Source of the DNA: Candidatus Omnitrophica bacterium UBA6253
GTDB lineage: Bacteria > Omnitrophota > Gorgyraeia > Gygaellales > Profunditerraquicolaceae
DNA: 64,000 nt
Assembly (NCBI GenBank): GCA_002441245.1
Contig: DJVP01000008.1
Coordinates: forward strand, 12,593 to 76,592
Direction: 5' to 3'
Part shown: in pieces, positions 60,288-64,000 of the stretch
Layout of the letters: every line of letters begins with the position of its first letter
Position numbering within the stretch: the first letter of the stretch is position 1
Position numbers and translations under genes: made by a program
Notes under the pieces: model-generated
The model's input: the letters and a program-made list of their open reading frames with translations, nothing else
What the model was told of the DNA's origin: nothing
Databases searched by the model: none

Positions 60288-60359
60288 TGCGCCTGGCAGG
60301 AATTGAACCTGCACCACCAGCTTCGGAGGCTAGTGCTCTATCCGTTGAGCCACAGGCGC
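60288..60359 (-). tRNA. tRNA-Arg (CCG), no encoded CCA
   Basis: Manual cloverleaf. Acceptor GCGCCTG pairs with CAGGCGC. D-arm GCTC/GAGC with loop AACGGATA. Anticodon arm CTAGC-CTCCGAA-GCTGG. T-arm GCAGG-TTCAATT-CCTGC. Discriminator A. Confidence 0.75.
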
Positions 60360-60367
60360 GCTATTCC

Positions 60368-61606
60368 TTAGAACAAATCGAGCTGCTGTTCATGTTTTGC
60401 TTCAGGCTCGTCTTTGTCAAATATTGAAATTATCCCATATTCTCCATCATAACCGGGTTTTATGCTTACTCTTCCTGTGCGCATCCTCATAATACCTTCA
60501 ACAACTTTAACCGGTAACTTCTTAGATAAATCCTCTCTGGAAGCTCGCATCAATATATCAAACTCTGTGCCAAAATTTGCTAAGTAGCTTCGATAATCTC
60601 TTTCTACTCCTACACTAGTCTTGGCAACACCTTTTGTCTCCGCAATTATCTGATCCAGAGAAATAAGATTTTTAAAGGGGATGGCATTATCCGGGACAAA
60701 CCCTTCTTTCCGGTCAGCTAATTTTTCAACACGGTTAACTACACCTACAGTCACATATTTACCGCACTTAGGGCATCTTCCGTTATGGGCCTTGGTTTCC
60801 TGGGGGGACCAGCGGATCCCGCAAAGCCTATGGCCGTCAAAATGATATTTTCCTTCTTCGGGGAAAAATTCTATGGTATAAAGAAATCTTTTTTTATCCT
60901 TTGTTTTCAGAACCTCTCTTATAGTTTTATAATCCAGCTCGCAATTAAAGACATTTGCCTCGCGGCCAATCCTTGAAGGAGAATGCGAATCACTATTAGA
61001 AATTAGAGTAAACCTGTCTAAAGCACTCAAACGCCAATTCATTGTCGGATCGCTTGAAAGCCCAGTCTCCAGCGCAAATATCTTTTCTGTCTGCGCCTCA
61101 AAACAATCTTCAATCTTATCAAAACCCGACATAGAGCCGAATACAGAAAACCAAGGGGTCCAAATATGCCCGGGTACAATCATGCAGTTTTCATCTATAT
61201 CAAATACAATGCGTGCTAACTCTGCCGCATCTAAACCCAGTATCGGCCGGCCGTCGCTAGCCAGGTTGCCTATTCTGCCCAATCTTTCATTAATCTTATC
61301 TACGCTTTTAAATGAGGGGCTGAAAATTAAATTATGGATACGGTAGGTACGTCCATTCTTGGAGTAGATACTGCTTACTTCGGCAGTAAGCATAAAATAT
61401 ATCCCTGCGTGTTTGTATAAACCATTGCCGCAATCCTCTAATGTATGTTTCAACTCTTCCAGCCAGAGATGATGCGTAAAATCCCCAGTACCCATAAGAG
61501 TAACGCCTTTTAGTTTGGCCCATTCCGACAAATGTTTAACATCCATATCGCGGCTGGTTGCCCGGGAGTATTTGGAGTGAATATGAAAATCAGCTATAAA
61601 TTCCAT
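60368..61606 (-). CDS. PHP-domain protein with a C-terminal zinc ribbon (endonuclease Q / TIGR00375-like)
   Basis: 412 aa. N-terminal FIADFHIHSKYSRATS is the PHP motif I. Later His/Asp motifs follow. The C-terminal zinc ribbon is CPKCGKY. Confidence 0.55.
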   Translation of the reverse strand: MEFIADFHIHSKYSRATSRDMDVKHLSEWAKLKGVTLMGTGDFTHHLWLEELKHTLEDCGNGLYKHAGIYFMLTAEVSSIYSKNGRTYRIHNLIFSPSFKSVDKINERLGRIGNLASDGRPILGLDAAELARIVFDIDENCMIVPGHIWTPWFSVFGSMSGFDKIEDCFEAQTEKIFALETGLSSDPTMNWRLSALDRFTLISNSDSHSPSRIGREANVFNCELDYKTIREVLKTKDKKRFLYTIEFFPEEGKYHFDGHRLCGIRWSPQETKAHNGRCPKCGKYVTVGVVNRVEKLADRKEGFVPDNAIPFKNLISLDQIIAETKGVAKTSVGVERDYRSYLANFGTEFDILMRASREDLSKKLPVKVVEGIMRMRTGRVSIKPGYDGEYGIISIFDKDEPEAKHEQQLDLF

Positions 61607-61608
61607 AT

Positions 61609-62883
61609 TTATATTTTATATACTACCTTACCGTTGCAAATCGTATACTCAACCAATCCTTTTACTGTTCTTCCTATAAAGGGTGAGTTTTTTGATTTTG
61701 AAACAATATTTTTTTTCTCAAGAACAAATTCTTTATCCGCATCCACAATAACTAGATCCCCATCAGCACCAACACTTAAAGTACCCTTGTTAATTCCTAA
61801 TATCTTTGCAGGATTTAACGCTATCTTTTCAACCAATTCTATCCAGTTTAATACTTTTTTATCAATCAACTCCATAATGCTGACGGATACCCCGGACTCA
61901 AGGCCGATCTTGCCGAATTCCGCGCGCTCAAATTCAATATCTTTTTCATTCTCCGTATGCGGGGCATGGTCTGAAGCAATTGCATCAATGGTCCCGTCTT
62001 TTAATCCCTGCTTAATCGCTTCAAGGTCTTCCGGACTTCTCAAAGGGGGATTCATTTTCATATTTGTATCATAACCCAAAAGTGCATCATCTGTAAGGGA
62101 AAAATAGTGAGGGGCGGTTTCACAAGTAACCTTTATGCCTTTTCTCTTGGCCCTAGCAATTATTTCCACCGATTCCCGGCAGCTAATGTGGGCGATATGC
62201 ACAGCTGCGTTGGCTTTTTCCGCCAACTCGACATCCCGCGCCACCCTATTGTACTCTGACTCATTGGAAATTCCGCGCAAGCCAAGACGCGTAGAATTAA
62301 ATCCCAGGTTAATTACCCCTTTACCGGAAAGCTTCTTATCTTCACAATGGCAAATAGTCAAAATAGCAGATTGCCTGGCTTTTTTAAATGCCTCGAGCAT
62401 TAAAACATCGCTATCTACAGAACATCCATCATCAGATATTGCATAAGCGCCATTTTTCTTTAAAGCTGCAATATCGCTTAATTCTTTGCCCATCCGGCCT
62501 TTGGTAATTGTGCCGCAAATAAGCACGTTAACTTTTGCGCCTTCTCTTATTATCTCTTTTAATAATTCAATAACCTCTATGCAATCTACGGCCGGATTGG
62601 TATTGGGCATAGCTAAAACAGTAGTTACCCCACCCTTGGCCGCAGCAGAAGTCCCCGTGGCTACGGTTTCCTTATCCTCCCTCCCCGGCTCACGCAAATG
62701 CACATGCATATCAACAATACCCGGCACGACAATTCTACCTGTCGCATCAATTATGGTATCTGCCTGTGACTTAATATCATCAGCTACTATGGCTATTTTT
62801 TTATTTTCAATTAAAATGTCCAAAACAGCATCGATTTTATTTGCCGGATCAATCACTCTTCCGTTTTTAATTAGTATGCTCAT
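61609..62883 (-). CDS. pyrC: Dihydroorotase
   Basis: 424 aa. The amidohydrolase metal-binding motif is DMHVHLREPG. Confidence 0.9.
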   Translation of the reverse strand: MSILIKNGRVIDPANKIDAVLDILIENKKIAIVADDIKSQADTIIDATGRIVVPGIVDMHVHLREPGREDKETVATGTSAAAKGGVTTVLAMPNTNPAVDCIEVIELLKEIIREGAKVNVLICGTITKGRMGKELSDIAALKKNGAYAISDDGCSVDSDVLMLEAFKKARQSAILTICHCEDKKLSGKGVINLGFNSTRLGLRGISNESEYNRVARDVELAEKANAAVHIAHISCRESVEIIARAKRKGIKVTCETAPHYFSLTDDALLGYDTNMKMNPPLRSPEDLEAIKQGLKDGTIDAIASDHAPHTENEKDIEFERAEFGKIGLESGVSVSIMELIDKKVLNWIELVEKIALNPAKILGINKGTLSVGADGDLVIVDADKEFVLEKKNIVSKSKNSPFIGRTVKGLVEYTICNGKVVYKI

Positions 62884-63811
62884 ATTTTTGCTTCCCTGGC
62901 TTGGGCCACTAAGAATAAAACCGCCATGCGTACGGCAATGCCATTGGTTACCTGATCTAAAATAACCGAATTTTTTCCGTCTGCTACCCCGCTGGACATT
63001 TCAATCCCCCGATTAATCGGTCCAGGATGCATAACAACAATGTCTTTTTTAACCTTGGTTAATCTCTCTTCGGTAATTCCGAATTTTTTATAATAATCCA
63101 GTTGTTCCGGGAACGCCGCGCATTCATCCCGCTCAAACTGCATCCTCAAAACATTCACGGCATCGGTGTTTTTCAAAACTTCATCTATATTGCTTGATGT
63201 CTTTACCCCGGTCTTCTCTATTCCAACCGGAAGCAGCATCTCCGGAGCACACACAGTAACATTAGCCCCTAACTTAGTCAGGCCCCAGATATTGGAGCGG
63301 GCAACCCGTGAATGCGCTATATCGCCTACAATGGCTACGTTTAACCCTTTGATTTTACCTAGCTTTTCTTTCAGCGTGAACATATCAAGTAAGGCCTGAG
63401 TAGGATGTTCATGCCAGCCATCTCCTGCATTAACTACGCTGATATCTAATACACTTGCCAGCATATTTGCCGCCCCTGAACAATTATGCCGTATAATAAT
63501 TATATCCGCTTTAAGCGCCTGAATATTTTTACCGGTATCAATTAAGGTTTCCCCTTTTCTGACACTTGAGGTTTCTGTGGCGATATTAATAACGTCCGCG
63601 GAAAGCCGCTTAGCTGCTACCTCAAAAGATACGCGGGTACGCGTAGATGGTTCATAAAAAAGATTTACTGCGGTCTTGCCGCGCAAGGCAGGCACTTTTT
63701 TAATCTCTCGCGTAGAAACCTCCTTAAAAGACTCCGCAGTTTCAAGGATCAGTCCTATCTCTTCCGGCGTCAAATATTCAAGCCCTAAAAGGTCTTTTCT
63801 TGTCCAAAGCA

Positions 63812-63812
<1 letters not shown>
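62880..63812 (-). CDS. pyrB: Aspartate carbamoyltransferase catalytic subunit
   Basis: 310 aa. Has STRTR and HPTQ motifs. The C-terminus is typical of ATCase. Confidence 0.9.

Positions 63813-64000
<188 letters not shown>

Noticed and set aside
60236-60427. 63-aa plus-strand ORF
   Set aside because: It overlaps the minus-strand tRNA-Arg(CCG) and the 3' end of the EndoQ-like gene. This is a spurious reading frame.

Overview
This 64-kb window looks like a bacterial chromosome of moderate GC content, probably from an uncultivated lineage. Almost every gene is on the minus strand. The only plus-strand genes are a ComM/YifB-like ATPase and an O-antigen-ligase-like gene. I could not run BLAST, HMM searches or tRNAscan-SE. 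All calls come from reading the translations and the DNA.

Housekeeping content:
- A pyrimidine operon (pyrR partial, pyrB, pyrC, carA, carB, pyrK, pyrD, pyrF), interrupted by an EndoQ-like PHP protein, tRNA-Arg(CCG), mutM and an ICMT-family methyltransferase.
- A complete bacterial V/A-type ATPase operon in the order E, unknown 176-aa protein, A, B, D, I, K.
- tRNA-Val(TAC) and tRNA-Asp(GTC).
- purH, folC, mnmE, folE, accA.
- An EF-G paralog followed by a YchF-like protein that lacks its G domain.
- A surface-glycan cluster with Wzy/WaaL-like, GT2, GT4, WecA-like and Glf-like genes.

The most interesting region is 1-9545, a compact gene cluster that reads as a type II polyketide-synthase-like system:
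- A KS-alpha with an intact Cys-His-His triad, translationally coupled to a KS-beta-like partner that has lost all three catalytic residues.
- An ACP, a TcmN-like SRPBCC aromatase/cyclase, a PF04199-type cyclase and an SDR ketoreductase.
- A B12-binding radical SAM enzyme, a tandem TIGR04076-like protein and a PanE-like reductase.
- An MFS exporter and a PadR regulator with a 22-bp perfect palindrome in its downstream promoter region.
- accA sits immediately upstream of the PadR gene.

Other candidates worth a second look:
- A KamA-family 2,3-aminomutase followed by two tandem D-Ala-D-Ala-ligase-like ATP-grasp genes.
- A translationally coupled DUF2156 (MprF C-terminal-like), YkgJ Cys-cluster and tRNA-binding-protein trio.
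- A PilZ-TM-(alpha/alpha)6-glycosidase-like fusion in the glycan cluster.
- A decayed copy of the comM 3' end flanking a single SGNH/TPR gene, which suggests an insertion at comM.
- An outer-membrane-protein gene whose beta-barrel C-terminal signature is in a shifted frame.
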